Positions 19,581 to 29,998 are shown, counted from the first letter of the stretch. The stretch is DNA of 64,000 nt from an uncultured delta proteobacterium (GCA_963754925.1 CAVWHX010000007.1:64001-128000), one strand, 5' to 3'. Made by a program: numbers and translations. Notes: a model not told the origin generated them from the letters alone.

Positions 19581-20963
19581 TTAAAATCCGCCTTCAAACC
19601 CAACCGTGCCGCCGAACGTGTACCCACCCTGGAAGTTCTCCCGCTGGTTGCTGGTAAGATTGGGATAGGAAGTGAAGCCGTCTTGGCTACGGGCGCCGGA
19701 GATACGGTAATTGGCAAAGGTAGCTTGAACACCGATATCAAGCGTTAGATATCGAAACATACCCAGCACCCGATCGCGTTCAGAAATAATGGTAATCTCC
19801 AACGCAGCGCCGACGAGTCCCATAACAAATGAGCACAACTCGCGATCGGCCGACCAATAGGCGCCGGGCGGTCCATCGGGATAGTCGTCGCGATAGAAAC
19901 TGGCGCGTGTTTGGTGGTACACTTCACCATTGAAAGACAATTGAAAAAGGTCTCCGAGGCGCTGTCGATAGGCTAACCCCACCCGACTCTGCTCAACGCG
20001 CCAGGTGTCGGAGCCGTGGCCGAGGTCGATTTCAAACGCCGCGTGCCATGCGGGAACCAGGCGTCGGACCCGAACCAGCCCGCCGTAGCGCACCCGCGTG
20101 CTGGGATGTTTTTCCGGCTCGATGAGGGGAATGGTCTCGGCGTCGTCAGCCAGGGTCGACCCGCGCATCGAGTACAGGCTCACCAGTCGGTAGGGGCTTT
20201 GGAGAAAACCATCCTCGAGAAGCAATCCGAGGTCCAGCCTCAAGTTCCACCCGGGCAGAAAACCCTGCTCGAACGCGCAGTCAAGCCAGTCGCCCCGACG
20301 TTGTTTGTCGATCGCGATGCCCTGGGCGGGAAGATCTCCCGGCCCGAGGCTGATCTGTTCGATGACGTGCCGGTATGAAACTTCGACAATCGTATCATGA
20401 CGAAGGACGGTGGTACGCGCCATGATGAACGGTTCGTTCAACGTACCATCAAATGCCGTACGGAAGCGGTAACCAACCCGTAACAGGCTGCTCCCATCGT
20501 CGAGGACCACCGCGGCGTCAGGGCCATGACGCAGGCGCAAAAGCGGCAACGGACCTGCAAATCCATCGAGCTTCTGTATCAGTTCTTTGTCCAAACTGAC
20601 GCCATAGCCGGCTTCAACCGCCAAGCCCTGCCACACCTCCGCCGCCCCGCGCAGGGTTGAGCGCAACCAAAAGCCCTTGACCTGATTGCCGGGATCGGCG
20701 GCCATCGTAAGCCGTGACACAATGGTGTTAGGCGTCAAGGGTTCGTCGTGCTCGGGATCGATGGCGCTCGGATCGGTAAGCACTCGTGCCGGAGCGAAAC
20801 GCATGAGGGGATCCGACAATACCTCGCGTTCGACCACCGGGCCGGCGGCGCACCCCGCCCCCAACGCAACCACAAGGAGGCTGAGTATAACCCCCGCCCG
20901 CATTCCTGGGCAGAGGGAAGACCGTAGCGGCATGTGCGCGTTCAATTTGAAAACGGAAACCAA
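19581..20963 (-). CDS. DUF3570-like outer-membrane protein/lipoprotein
   Basis: GFLQSPYR, EKHPSTRVR, DTWRV, YHQTRASFY and SADREL motifs with a terminal Phe. The likely start is the internal Met before the GAGC lipobox. Confidence 0.65.
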   Translation of the reverse strand: MVSVFKLNAHMPLRSSLCPGMRAGVILSLLVVALGAGCAAGPVVEREVLSDPLMRFAPARVLTDPSAIDPEHDEPLTPNTIVSRLTMAADPGNQVKGFWLRSTLRGAAEVWQGLAVEAGYGVSLDKELIQKLDGFAGPLPLLRLRHGPDAAVVLDDGSSLLRVGYRFRTAFDGTLNEPFIMARTTVLRHDTIVEVSYRHVIEQISLGPGDLPAQGIAIDKQRRGDWLDCAFEQGFLPGWNLRLDLGLLLEDGFLQSPYRLVSLYSMRGSTLADDAETIPLIEPEKHPSTRVRYGGLVRVRRLVPAWHAAFEIDLGHGSDTWRVEQSRVGLAYRQRLGDLFQLSFNGEVYHQTRASFYRDDYPDGPPGAYWSADRELCSFVMGLVGAALEITIISERDRVLGMFRYLTLDIGVQATFANYRISGARSQDGFTSYPNLTSNQRENFQGGYTFGGTVGFEGGF

Positions 20964-21634
20964 AACCCAACTCCCAACAAAAACGCAAGGTTGTTGGTCA
21001 GGGACTCCGATCCAAGGATCTCTTGAACCTGGAGGCTATCGATCACTTCAAACCGCAACGATAGCCATGAAAGAAGATAGAGCCGGATCCCGCCGCCAAC
21101 CAGGTACGTCAGCCCCACGTCGGTACGGCTGTCGGTTGCGCCCGCCCCCACCCGCAAAAAGAGGTCAAAGTGCACGATGGTGGCGCCGGTCAGGACAAAC
21201 TTACCGTGGAATGGGTCCCACAGAAGGCTCCCCAGATACAAACGGGCGTCATGGGCTGGGAGCACCTCATAGCCCGTCGCGTCGGAGAGCGGTTTCGACA
21301 ACACCGATGAGAAATGGGTCCAGGCAAAGGACGCCTCCAGCGCCAGGTCTTCATTGAAGTGAAATGCGTAGGAGATTCCGGCCATCGGAGCCTTGCCCAT
21401 ACTGTCGCTCATCAACAGACCGCCGAAGAGGTTCACCTCGTGGCGCAAGGCTTTGAGAAAGTCTTTCTTCTGCAGTCCGGAGCCGAGCCCGGTTTGGCTT
21501 TCGGGAGGCTCCGGGCAGGCGGCATAGGCGAGCCGCGCAGGGGTCAGTAGCACCCGATCGGGCAGCCCAAAGAATGCCACAACCACGAGGCTCGTAACCA
21601 GTACCGATATCGGGGATTGCTTGATGACCATCAA
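20942..21634 (-). CDS. Myxobacterial outer-membrane beta-barrel, GltA/GltB-like
   Basis: QKKDFLKALRHEVNLFGG, FHFNEDLALE, WDPFHGK, HFDLF, GGGIRLYL...LRFEV. Confidence 0.75.
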   Translation of the reverse strand: MMVIKQSPISVLVTSLVVVAFFGLPDRVLLTPARLAYAACPEPPESQTGLGSGLQKKDFLKALRHEVNLFGGLLMSDSMGKAPMAGISYAFHFNEDLALEASFAWTHFSSVLSKPLSDATGYEVLPAHDARLYLGSLLWDPFHGKFVLTGATIVHFDLFLRVGAGATDSRTDVGLTYLVGGGIRLYLLSWLSLRFEVIDSLQVQEILGSESLTNNLAFLLGVGFWFPFSN

Positions 21635-21662
21635 TCGTCCTCACACGATCGCGCTTTTAGGC

Positions 21663-22436
21663 TCACATGGTTACCATCAACCCGCCCTGGATCAGCAGCA
21701 TCCCGTCGAGCTGATCAGGACCAAATGTGAGCACCTCTTGAATGTCCAGTCTCACGATGATTGGTCCCCGCAAACCGATAAACACTCCGCCTCCGGCACT
21801 GGCTTGCAAGCTGGTGCCCGATTTAAAGAGGCTCGATTGTTGGTTGGGCCAGACAGCGGCCCCGCCGAAACCCACCAAGGCAAAGGGTACAATCGATCGC
21901 CACGGGCCAATTGGCACGACCAGATCGCCGCCAAAAAGCACGAGGTTGCCAAAGCGGCCGTTCGCTTCTGAACCTGAAAGCTCGACTAAGTAGTGAGCGC
22001 TGGGCTGGTAGCCGACGCGCATGGTGAACTCACCTAATGAATCGAGGGCACCGCCCGATAGCGCCAGGGTCACCCTGCCATCATCGAGCTGGCCGGACAC
22101 CAGCAGTTTTCGATCGAACCACGAAGAAGCGCTCGTAACGGCGCTCTCATCGACAATTTCAAACGGCCAGACCAGTTCTGACAATACCCAGCCGGATCGC
22201 TCCCGCGAGATGCGGATGCGGTACCACGAACCATCCGGCGTGCGATCGAGCGCTTGAAATATTTGATCCCGGCCGACCCGGCCAATCTCTCTGAAGCTGC
22301 CGCCCGGCCCGGAACGCACGGGCGCGCTCTGAGCCATGACCCGCAGCTGAATATTTTCGCCGTTGATACCTTGGGCCGCGCCAGCGCTCCGTAGGCCGAT
22401 GAAAACGACTGCCGCTACCAGGCCGCGTATGATCAT
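21663..22436 (-). CDS. SH3b-domain plus outer-membrane beta-barrel protein
   Basis: VRSGPG...WYRI...GWV is an SH3b pattern. It is followed by amphipathic strands (VPFALVGFGG, IVRLDI). Confidence 0.7.
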   Translation of the reverse strand: MIIRGLVAAVVFIGLRSAGAAQGINGENIQLRVMAQSAPVRSGPGGSFREIGRVGRDQIFQALDRTPDGSWYRIRISRERSGWVLSELVWPFEIVDESAVTSASSWFDRKLLVSGQLDDGRVTLALSGGALDSLGEFTMRVGYQPSAHYLVELSGSEANGRFGNLVLFGGDLVVPIGPWRSIVPFALVGFGGAAVWPNQQSSLFKSGTSLQASAGGGVFIGLRGPIIVRLDIQEVLTFGPDQLDGMLLIQGGLMVTM

Positions 22437-22939
22437 GGCGTAATCCCGTCAGTTTCAAGCCACGTGAGTATAGCGGCCGCATCGGTATTCGATAACGCCG
22501 CGCCGCCTGGATGGGCGCGTTCACTCCCGGTTCCAAAACGCAGCAGTTCCGAATCAGCCGGTTGGTCAAGATCCACGAAATAGAGCACCGTAGCATAGTC
22601 AGACCGATACGGCTCCGGCAGCAAGAGGGGGTCCGTTATCGGAGGGACCGCCGGCAAGGGAACCGGGGCGTCGTGTAACCGAAACGTCGAGGGCCGCCCG
22701 TGGCATTCAGTCGAAGCGCACCGGGCCTGCAACAAGGGATGGATGGTCGTTCCAAACTGCGTTGGATCGGGAAAAAACTGCGGTTGTACGACGGTACGTT
22801 CACCGGGATCGACTATCTGACACGAAGGAATCAATACCAGGAAAAGGCAGAATGCCGTCGCGCAGTTGAAAACCCGGTGAAGGATTTTCGAACACCACGA
22901 GGCTCGCCCCTGACATGAAAAAAAATAAAAATCCTCCAT
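22433..22939 (-). CDS. Hypothetical lipoprotein with a CX4CH motif
   Basis: Lipobox LIPSC, IHPLLQARCASTECHG and HPGG...ILTWL. The start is uncertain, and the ORF-track extension into the IS end is spurious. Confidence 0.6.
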   Translation of the reverse strand: MEDFYFFSCQGRASWCSKILHRVFNCATAFCLFLVLIPSCQIVDPGERTVVQPQFFPDPTQFGTTIHPLLQARCASTECHGRPSTFRLHDAPVPLPAVPPITDPLLLPEPYRSDYATVLYFVDLDQPADSELLRFGTGSERAHPGGAALSNTDAAAILTWLETDGITP

Positions 22940-22998
22940 CAAATTCAAGAAAATACGACGGAACTCGCCACCTGTCAAATAGATTACTGGTATAATTA

Positions 22999-24268
22999 TG
23001 GGCAAGCCCAGGTAGATCTGACACCACCTCTTTCTGCTCTCAGGAGCATGGGGAGCAAGGGATTGGCAATGTTGAAGGGAAAGCTTCCTTGGGGGGCTAG
23101 CCCCCCAAGGAAGCCGCGGCAACAAAAAAGGAGATGAGGTCAGGACCAAAATCCTCTTGAATGAAGGTTTGCGAAGACTTTCATCACAAGGAGGTACGGC
23201 CCTGACCCCATTTAGTTATTACGCCATGACCACCACGAAAGACCATAAATATTCGCTTCGCCTTCAGTTGGTGCAGTACGCCACGACCCACGGCATACGC
23301 CCCGCTGCGCGTGCCTTTGCTACCACCCCCAACACCGTACGGCGATGGCGTGCCCGCTTTGACGCCGGCGGTCGTACCTCACTCCAGGACCGCTCCCGGA
23401 GACCCAAGACCTGCCCCCACAAGACTTCCCGGTACCAAGAAGCGAAGATCCTCAACGCACGCAAGAAGGTTCCCTGCTTCGGACCGCGCCGCCTGCGCGA
23501 CCTGTTTGGAATCACTGCTTCCTCTGGCGCCATCGCTCGCATCCTGCGCCAGCAAGGCTTATCGGGCCGCCGTCGCAAAAAGCGTCAGCGCAAAAACGAC
23601 CTGCGGGCTATCAAAGCTAAATACAGATGCTTCCAACGCCTCCAGGCCGATATGAAACCCCTCTTCGATATCCCCGCCTACTGGCCGCAGATGAAGAAAC
23701 TCGGCCTCCCCAAACACCAGTACACCCACCGTGATGTCAAAAGCGGTGCTCTCTTTATCTCTTACGCCGACGAGCTCTCCACCACCTACGCCACCATGAC
23801 CTCCCGGCGCTTGCTGACCCACCTGAAAAAGCATCTCGTCAACCTCCGCCGTGCTATCTTGTCCACCGACAACGGCGTCGAATATGGTGGCCATGACAAG
23901 AACGAGCGGGAACGAGGCTTCCATGCCAAAATCCAGCAGGCCGGGATCATCCACCGCTTCCTGCCCCCTGCCACCCCAAACGCCCACGCCGATGTCGAGA
24001 GTTCCCATGCATCCATTGAACAGGAGTTCTTTGATCTCGAACCATTTACATCCAGACAGGACTTCTTCCAGAAGGTCTCTATCTACCAACACTGGTGGAA
24101 CTTCGCCAGACCCAACTACTCCAAGAGCGCTAAAACACCCGCACAACTCTTGGAGGATGAAGGCCTTGACCCAAGCATCCTCTTGCTCCTACCCGTTGAC
24201 CTTGAGGCCTGGTTCAGGACGACGACTTACTTTCCTCAGGTGGTGTCACATCTACCTGTTGACGCCGA
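22999..24268 (+). mobile_element. IS481-like insertion sequence, 1270 bp
   Basis: Imperfect 31-bp TIRs with a 20/21 inner match (CAGGTAGATCTGACACCACCT at 23009-23029 versus the reverse complement of 24238-24258). The direct repeat TTACTGGTATAATTA flanks it at 22984-22998 and 24269-24283. Confidence 0.85.
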
Positions 24269-24299
24269 TTACTGGTATAATTACTGGTATAAAAGATAA
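23226..24299 (+). CDS. DDE transposase with N-terminal HTH (IS481-like)
   Basis: HTH AARAFATTPNTVRRWRARF, LQDRSRRP, and catalytic D-D-E in LQADMK, STDNGVEY and ADVESSH. Confidence 0.9.
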   Translation: MTTTKDHKYSLRLQLVQYATTHGIRPAARAFATTPNTVRRWRARFDAGGRTSLQDRSRRPKTCPHKTSRYQEAKILNARKKVPCFGPRRLRDLFGITASSGAIARILRQQGLSGRRRKKRQRKNDLRAIKAKYRCFQRLQADMKPLFDIPAYWPQMKKLGLPKHQYTHRDVKSGALFISYADELSTTYATMTSRRLLTHLKKHLVNLRRAILSTDNGVEYGGHDKNERERGFHAKIQQAGIIHRFLPPATPNAHADVESSHASIEQEFFDLEPFTSRQDFFQKVSIYQHWWNFARPNYSKSAKTPAQLLEDEGLDPSILLLLPVDLEAWFRTTTYFPQVVSHLPVDADYWYNYWYKR

Positions 24300-25600
24300 T
24301 TCGTGGAGGTCGGGTCGGAGGGGAAAAACTCCATCAATGCGTTAGAACCCTCATAGAGTAAGTAAATCCGGAAATCATCACTGGCGTTCGAATTGCTCAG
24401 GCTCTTAAAATTGTTCGAAATCAGCTCGCCAGCCATGCCACCCGGTGCGGTAGGAACGAACCTGACCGGGGCGCCGGTGCTGTCATAAACGGGGTAATTG
24501 TTTTCCGCGTCAACAACATATACCGTGCCGTCAAGATCGGATACCCAAGCAAACTGGGAGACCGCGGTTCCCTGCGACGAATAGTTTTCGCTGTCAACAC
24601 TCAAGGTAAGGCCGTCAACAAAGGTAACTGACCGCGGCACGTCCGGTATCTGAATGGTTGTCAATAGTGATCCACTGTTAGTATCGACTACTGAGATTTC
24701 ACTACCAACTGATAGTACATTTGTTATAGGGTTAAGAATAAATCCACTCGTATTAGGAATGACATAGAGTTTTGATTCGTCCGAGGTAAGCGCCAGACGA
24801 CGCGAAGGACCGCCGACGTCGATAGAGTTAGTGACAGTTTTTGTGGCGGTATCAATCTTATAAATCGTAGTTAATCCTTCGTCGGCAACAAATAAGGTAC
24901 TTCCATCCTTTGTCAGAGCTAGTCCGGAAGGCATAGAACCATCCACACCGATATCCACCGGCGGTTGAAGCAGCGTAAGATTTAGAGGTATTGATGGTGT
25001 AACCGTTGCGTCCGGATACTGGAAGTTCAGTACCGCTATGTGTCCGGATATTTGTCCGGATTCAAGGGGGCTAACATAGCTAACATAGATCGGTAACGGC
25101 GTCTGTGTATCCCACGTGCCAGGCTGCGGAACAGCAACAAATTCGGGCTGAAGAGTTTCTCCTGGCTGAAGATTTTCTCCTGGTGATAATAACGAGACCC
25201 GGCTCACCTCCATCAACGCATCCGCCGCTAAATCAACCAGTGAGATATCTTGTGAGACGGCGTTGACGACAAAGGCATATCGCCCGGTCGGATCAATCGC
25301 CAGGCTCACCGGCAGCTCGCCGACGGGAATCGACAAAGGGAACAGCGGTTCTGGGGCTTCAAAAAAATTACTGTCCTCAACATCAAAAATTCTTAGATCG
25401 TTACCGAACGAATTGGCGATCAGCAACAAATGGTGCTCACTACCGACACAACTGGAAACATTCTGCGCGCAACCAATAAACTCCGCTAAATCCGTCGGAC
25501 CGGAGAGGCGTCCGGTTGTCGTCGGCTTTGATTTATTACAGGCGCCGCACCACAACGCCATGACAATCGCAAAACCCATAAGGTGCTTCATCCCAACCAC
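24281..25600 (-). CDS. YncE/YVTN-like beta-propeller lipoprotein
   Basis: Lipobox CGAC with blades IPVGELPVSLAIDPTGRYAFVVN and IDVGGPSRRLALTSDESKLYV. Confidence 0.75.
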   Translation of the reverse strand: MVGMKHLMGFAIVMALWCGACNKSKPTTTGRLSGPTDLAEFIGCAQNVSSCVGSEHHLLLIANSFGNDLRIFDVEDSNFFEAPEPLFPLSIPVGELPVSLAIDPTGRYAFVVNAVSQDISLVDLAADALMEVSRVSLLSPGENLQPGETLQPEFVAVPQPGTWDTQTPLPIYVSYVSPLESGQISGHIAVLNFQYPDATVTPSIPLNLTLLQPPVDIGVDGSMPSGLALTKDGSTLFVADEGLTTIYKIDTATKTVTNSIDVGGPSRRLALTSDESKLYVIPNTSGFILNPITNVLSVGSEISVVDTNSGSLLTTIQIPDVPRSVTFVDGLTLSVDSENYSSQGTAVSQFAWVSDLDGTVYVVDAENNYPVYDSTGAPVRFVPTAPGGMAGELISNNFKSLSNSNASDDFRIYLLYEGSNALMEFFPSDPTSTNYLLYQ

Positions 25601-25607
25601 TCCTTAT

Positions 25608-27012
25608 TCAATTACTACTCGACTTACCGACACTTGCAATTATCTCCAGGTACGTTGATGCATGTGTCGGAGCCGAATTAAAGATCCATCACGGCGACCG
25701 TGTCATTTTCAAAGCAGGTAAACAACGCCCAATGAATATTATCACTATCTCGATCAAAGAAGCCCATATCAAAGGGGCCGTTGCAAACATCGTGAACATC
25801 TTTGACTTGGATTAACCGTTTGGTGTCGCCGTCAATAATATAGATCAGGTCCTCAAGGGGGAAGGTGACGAAAAATAGGTTATTGTATGGGTTATTGTAT
25901 CGGCGCACAAGAGATGGATTCGGACCAAGCGCCACACTCCCCAAATAGGCATAAGAGTTGTTCGTATCAAGAAACAACAGCATATTTGGGTTGAGGACCA
26001 CCGCGGCTAATTCAGACCCGTCTTGGTTTACCTCCAACCCAACAGTCTCGGTGCCGAGGAGAACATTATACAGGGGTATGGTTGTACTTTCGCCCGCTGG
26101 AGGTGCGAAATAAAAAATATTGTCGGTTATGGTAGTCGTTTCCGAGCCGAGGCTGGTCACGTAATTCTCGGTTATGGAAGTCGTTTTCGGGCCGAGGCTG
26201 CTCATGTATATGGTGTTGTTGCTCGGGGAGTACACCAGATCGTTTATTCCCATATCCCCGGTAGCAGGTCCAAGTGATTTGTCCACCGGGGAGGAAGTTG
26301 TCTCTCGGTCAGGGATCTTGGCAATACTGAGCGTTCCGCTGCGTAAAAACGAAACATACGCCCACCACTTATAATTATTGTCTTGTGTTGTTTGTTGATC
26401 TAAAAGAACCACGTCAAAAGGATCAAACTGCAGATCTGCATTATACTGCGGAGAATTCTTACCAAGCTCGACAACATACCGGTCGCCACTACAAAACGGA
26501 AATTTCTTGTTTTTATCGGCAGGAGTATCGGAACAGGACAAATTGAGAACCGGCAGCTGCCCGGAAGTATCAACCGTGAGATCGACTAACACCAACTGGT
26601 TGGTTTCTCGAATCGTCACTGCCGCGAGTGTGCCGTCAGAGGAAATAGCCATCCTGCCTGCAAAGTTGTCAAGCGACACCGCTCCCCAATCGTCATGGAT
26701 CAAATCGATATAATCGTTGGGTATTTGGCCGTTTTCGTCAGGAATAACACTATATCCATTTTGGTTAAGACTTGACGCCAAGCTGTTCAGGTCGATCACC
26801 CGTAACGAACCACTCTGATAGGTAAGATCATCGTTGGAACTCGCGACCAGAACAAACCCATCCGGATGAACCGCGATCCCGGTCGGAAATTGAAATGCTT
26901 GGCCAGGAAGCGGTTTACCCAGGCGGTCTCTGTTGCAGGCGGTCAGGCCCACCCCGAGCGCAGCTATCAAGATCAACGTTACCGTATACCAATAGTATGG
27001 GCGGTCAGACAC
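25608..27012 (-). CDS. Beta-propeller lipoprotein (probable +1 frameshift near 25681; the ORF track ends at 25678)
   Basis: Lipobox LTAC, FQFPTGIAVHP, ASSNDDLTYQSG. Removing one T gives the C-terminus MDLNSAPTHASTYLEIIASVGKSSSN, which ends just before the next RBS. Confidence 0.7.
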
Positions 27013-27030
27013 TCACGCTCTCCGATCAAG

Positions 27031-29998
27031 TTATCTTCGACCTTTTTTTGTCGGCTTTTTCACGCGTCTCTTTTTTGAAGGTTTGGCAGCCGATTTCTTA
27101 ACAATTTTCTTGGCGGCTTTCTTCCCTGTTTTCTTTACGGCTTTTTTCATCGGCCTTTTCTTCGCGGCCATTTTTTTGGCTTTTACGGGTTTTCTCGCCG
27201 CCACCTTCGCTCTCACCGCCTTTACGACGTTACCTTTGGCAGGCTGCTTCTTGGCGGCAGCTTCTTCAAGAGCCGCCTGAGCTGCGGCAAGCCGCGCTAT
27301 CGGCACCCGGAACGGCGAACACGAAACGTAATCCAGCCCGGTCTTATGGCAGAAATGAATTGTCCGCGGATCGCCGCCATGCTCGCCACAGATACCGATA
27401 CTAAGATCCTTACGGGCGGCGCGTCCATCCGCAACGCCCATGGCCACCAGTTTACCGACCCCATTGACATCTATGGTCTGGAAGGGATCGTCTTCCAAAA
27501 TGCCCTTGGCGTAATAATCCCGTAAGAACACCCCGGCATCGTCGCGGCTCATGCCGAGAGTGGTTTGGGTCAAATCATTGGTGCCGTATGAGAAGAACTC
27601 CGCCACCGTGGCAATCTCTGCGGCGACCAGAGCGGCGCGCGGCAGCTCGATCATGGTGCCCACCTTGTACGGCACCTGGATGCCCTGTTCGGCAAATACT
27701 TCGGCGGCAACCTTTCGCACCACCGCGGCTTGGTGTTTCAGTTCACTGAGATAGCCTACCAAGGGAATCATGATCTCAGGGTGCGGGGTGAAACCGGCCT
27801 CTTTCTTGACCTGGCAGGCGGCCTCAATAATCGCCCGGGCCTGCATGGCGGTGATCTCAGGATAGGTGATCCCCAACCGACAGCCGCGGTGACCCAGCAT
27901 GGGGTTGGTCTCATGCAGATCGCGCGCCTTGGCCCGTAGACGTTCCTCGTTTTCGCGAATACGTTCTTCGGTATCAGCACCCATGAGCACAGCCACTTCG
28001 CGGACGCCTTTCGGATCCTGCGGTATAAACTCGTGCAGCGGCGGATCCAGGGTGCGGATGGTGACCGGACGGTTTTGCATGGCCAGCAGGATGCCCTTGA
28101 AATCCTCGCGCTGCAGCGGCAGTAATTTAGCCAATGCCTTCTCGCGCGCCTCGGTGTCCTCCGCCAAGATCATTTCCCGCATCGGGCCGATCTTGCCCTC
28201 GCCGAAAAACATATGCTCAGTGCGGCATAACCCGATGCCCTCGGCCCCAAACGCCACCGCCTGGGCGGCCTGATCGGGTTGATCGGCGTTGGTATGGATG
28301 TGCAGCCGCCGTAAGGTATCGGCCCACTGCATAAGCTTCGCGTACTGCTGATAGAGCAGCGATTCCTCGGGTTTGAGCGTTTTTTCGATCAGCACCTGAA
28401 CGACTTCCGAGGGGATAGTGCGCAACCGGCCTTCCATTACCTCCCCGGTGGTGCCATCGATTGACAACCAGTCGCCCTCTTTTATGGTCACGGTGCCAAC
28501 GCGCATCGCGCGCGCTTTATAATCAATTTTGAGATCTCCACAACCGGCCACGCACACCTTACCCATTTGGCGTGCCACCAGCGCGGCGTGGGAGGTCATA
28601 CCGCCGCGCGCGGTCAGAATGCCCACCGCGGCGTTCATGCCCTTGATGTCCTCGGGGGAGGTCTCGATGCGAACCAGGAGAACCTGCTCACCCCGACTGG
28701 CCCAGGCTTCGGCGTCTTCGGCGTTAAACACCACCCGACCCGAGGCCGCCCCGGGACCCGCGTTCAACCCCTTGGTAAGCCGACGTCGTTGCGTCTCGGC
28801 ATGCTGCTTGTCGCGCGTGTCGAAAACCGGGCGCAGCAATTGGTTGAGTGCGTCGGGCGGAACACGCGCGACGGCTTCAGCCTCCTTGATCAATCCCTCC
28901 TTCACCATATCGACGGCGATGCGTACTTCGGCAAAACCGGTTCTTTTACCGGTTCGGGTCTGCAGCATCCACAGCTTGCCGCGTTGGATGGTGAACTCCA
29001 TATCCTGCATGTTGCGGAAGTGCTTTTCCAACCGTCGCGAAACGCCGTCGAGTTGTTGGTACATGGCCTCGTCAGTCGTGCGAAGCTCGGCGATCGGCCG
29101 CGGGGTGCGGATGCCGGCCACCACGTCCTCGCCCTGGGCGTTCATCAAATACTCGCCGTACAGGCGGTTGTCGCCGCTTGCAGGGTCGCGGCTGAACATT
29201 ACCCCGGTCCCCGAATCATCGCCCAAATTGCCAAATACCATCGCCTGCACATTGACCGCCGTGCCCCAATCGCTCGAAATGCCGTTCAGCGCCCGATAGG
29301 CTTTGGCCCGTTCGTTCTCCCACGAACCGAAAACAGCGCCGATAGCGCCCCAGAGCTGATCCCACGGATCTTCCGGAAAATCATGGCTCGCGCGCTGGCG
29401 AATGGTTTCCTTAAACAGCCGCACCAAGGCTTTGAGCGCGTTGGTATCGAGATCGCTGTCGAAGCGAGCGCCCACCTCGCGCTTCGTGCGGTCGAGGATC
29501 TCCTCGAACGGATCCACATCGTCTTTAGTTTCCGGTTTGAGTCCCAACACGACGTCGCCGTACATCTGGACGAATCGCCGGTAGGCGTCGTAGGCAAAGC
29601 GGGCGTTGCCGGTCTGCCGTGCAAGCGCCTCGACGGTTCTATCATTGAGCCCTAAATTTAAGAACGGTATCCATCATCCCGGGCATGCTCACCCGGGCGC
29701 CGGACCGAACCGACAACAGGAGCGGATTGACCGTGTCGCCGAAGATGGCACCCATCGCACGTTCGATCTTACTCAGCGCGGCTTGGACAGCTCCCTTGAG
29801 CGTGCGGGGATAGGTGCGATTATTCTTGTAGAATTCGGTGCACACGTCGGTGGTGATGGTAAATCCTGCCGGCACCGGAATGCCCAGTCGATTCATCTCG
29901 GCCAGTCCGGCGCCTTTGCCGCCGAGCAGGTTTTTCATTGAACCATCGCCGTCTGCCGTTCCGTCCCCAAAGAAGTACACCATCTTCATTGCCACCAT
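27031..29998 (-). CDS. ppdK: Pyruvate, phosphate dikinase, split by a +1 frameshift near 29657, with a Lys/Ala-rich tail
   Basis: [30 protein letters not shown](NLGLN), GGMTSHAA phospho-His motif, [18 protein letters not shown] and [10 protein letters not shown]. Confidence 0.96.

Noticed and set aside
22940..23149. N-terminal extension of ORF 22433-23149
   Set aside because: It runs through the IS left end and palindrome, so it is a chance open frame.
26123..26204. Direct repeat resembling a mini CRISPR array
   Set aside because: Only two imperfect copies with a 45-bp in-frame period inside a CDS, and no cas genes.
28529..29655. Long plus-strand ORFs opposite ppdK
   Set aside because: Antisense shadow frames of a conserved gene.
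29642..29670. Programmed frameshift or pseudogene in ppdK
   Set aside because: No clear slippery site or stimulator, and it fits the window-wide pattern of indel errors.
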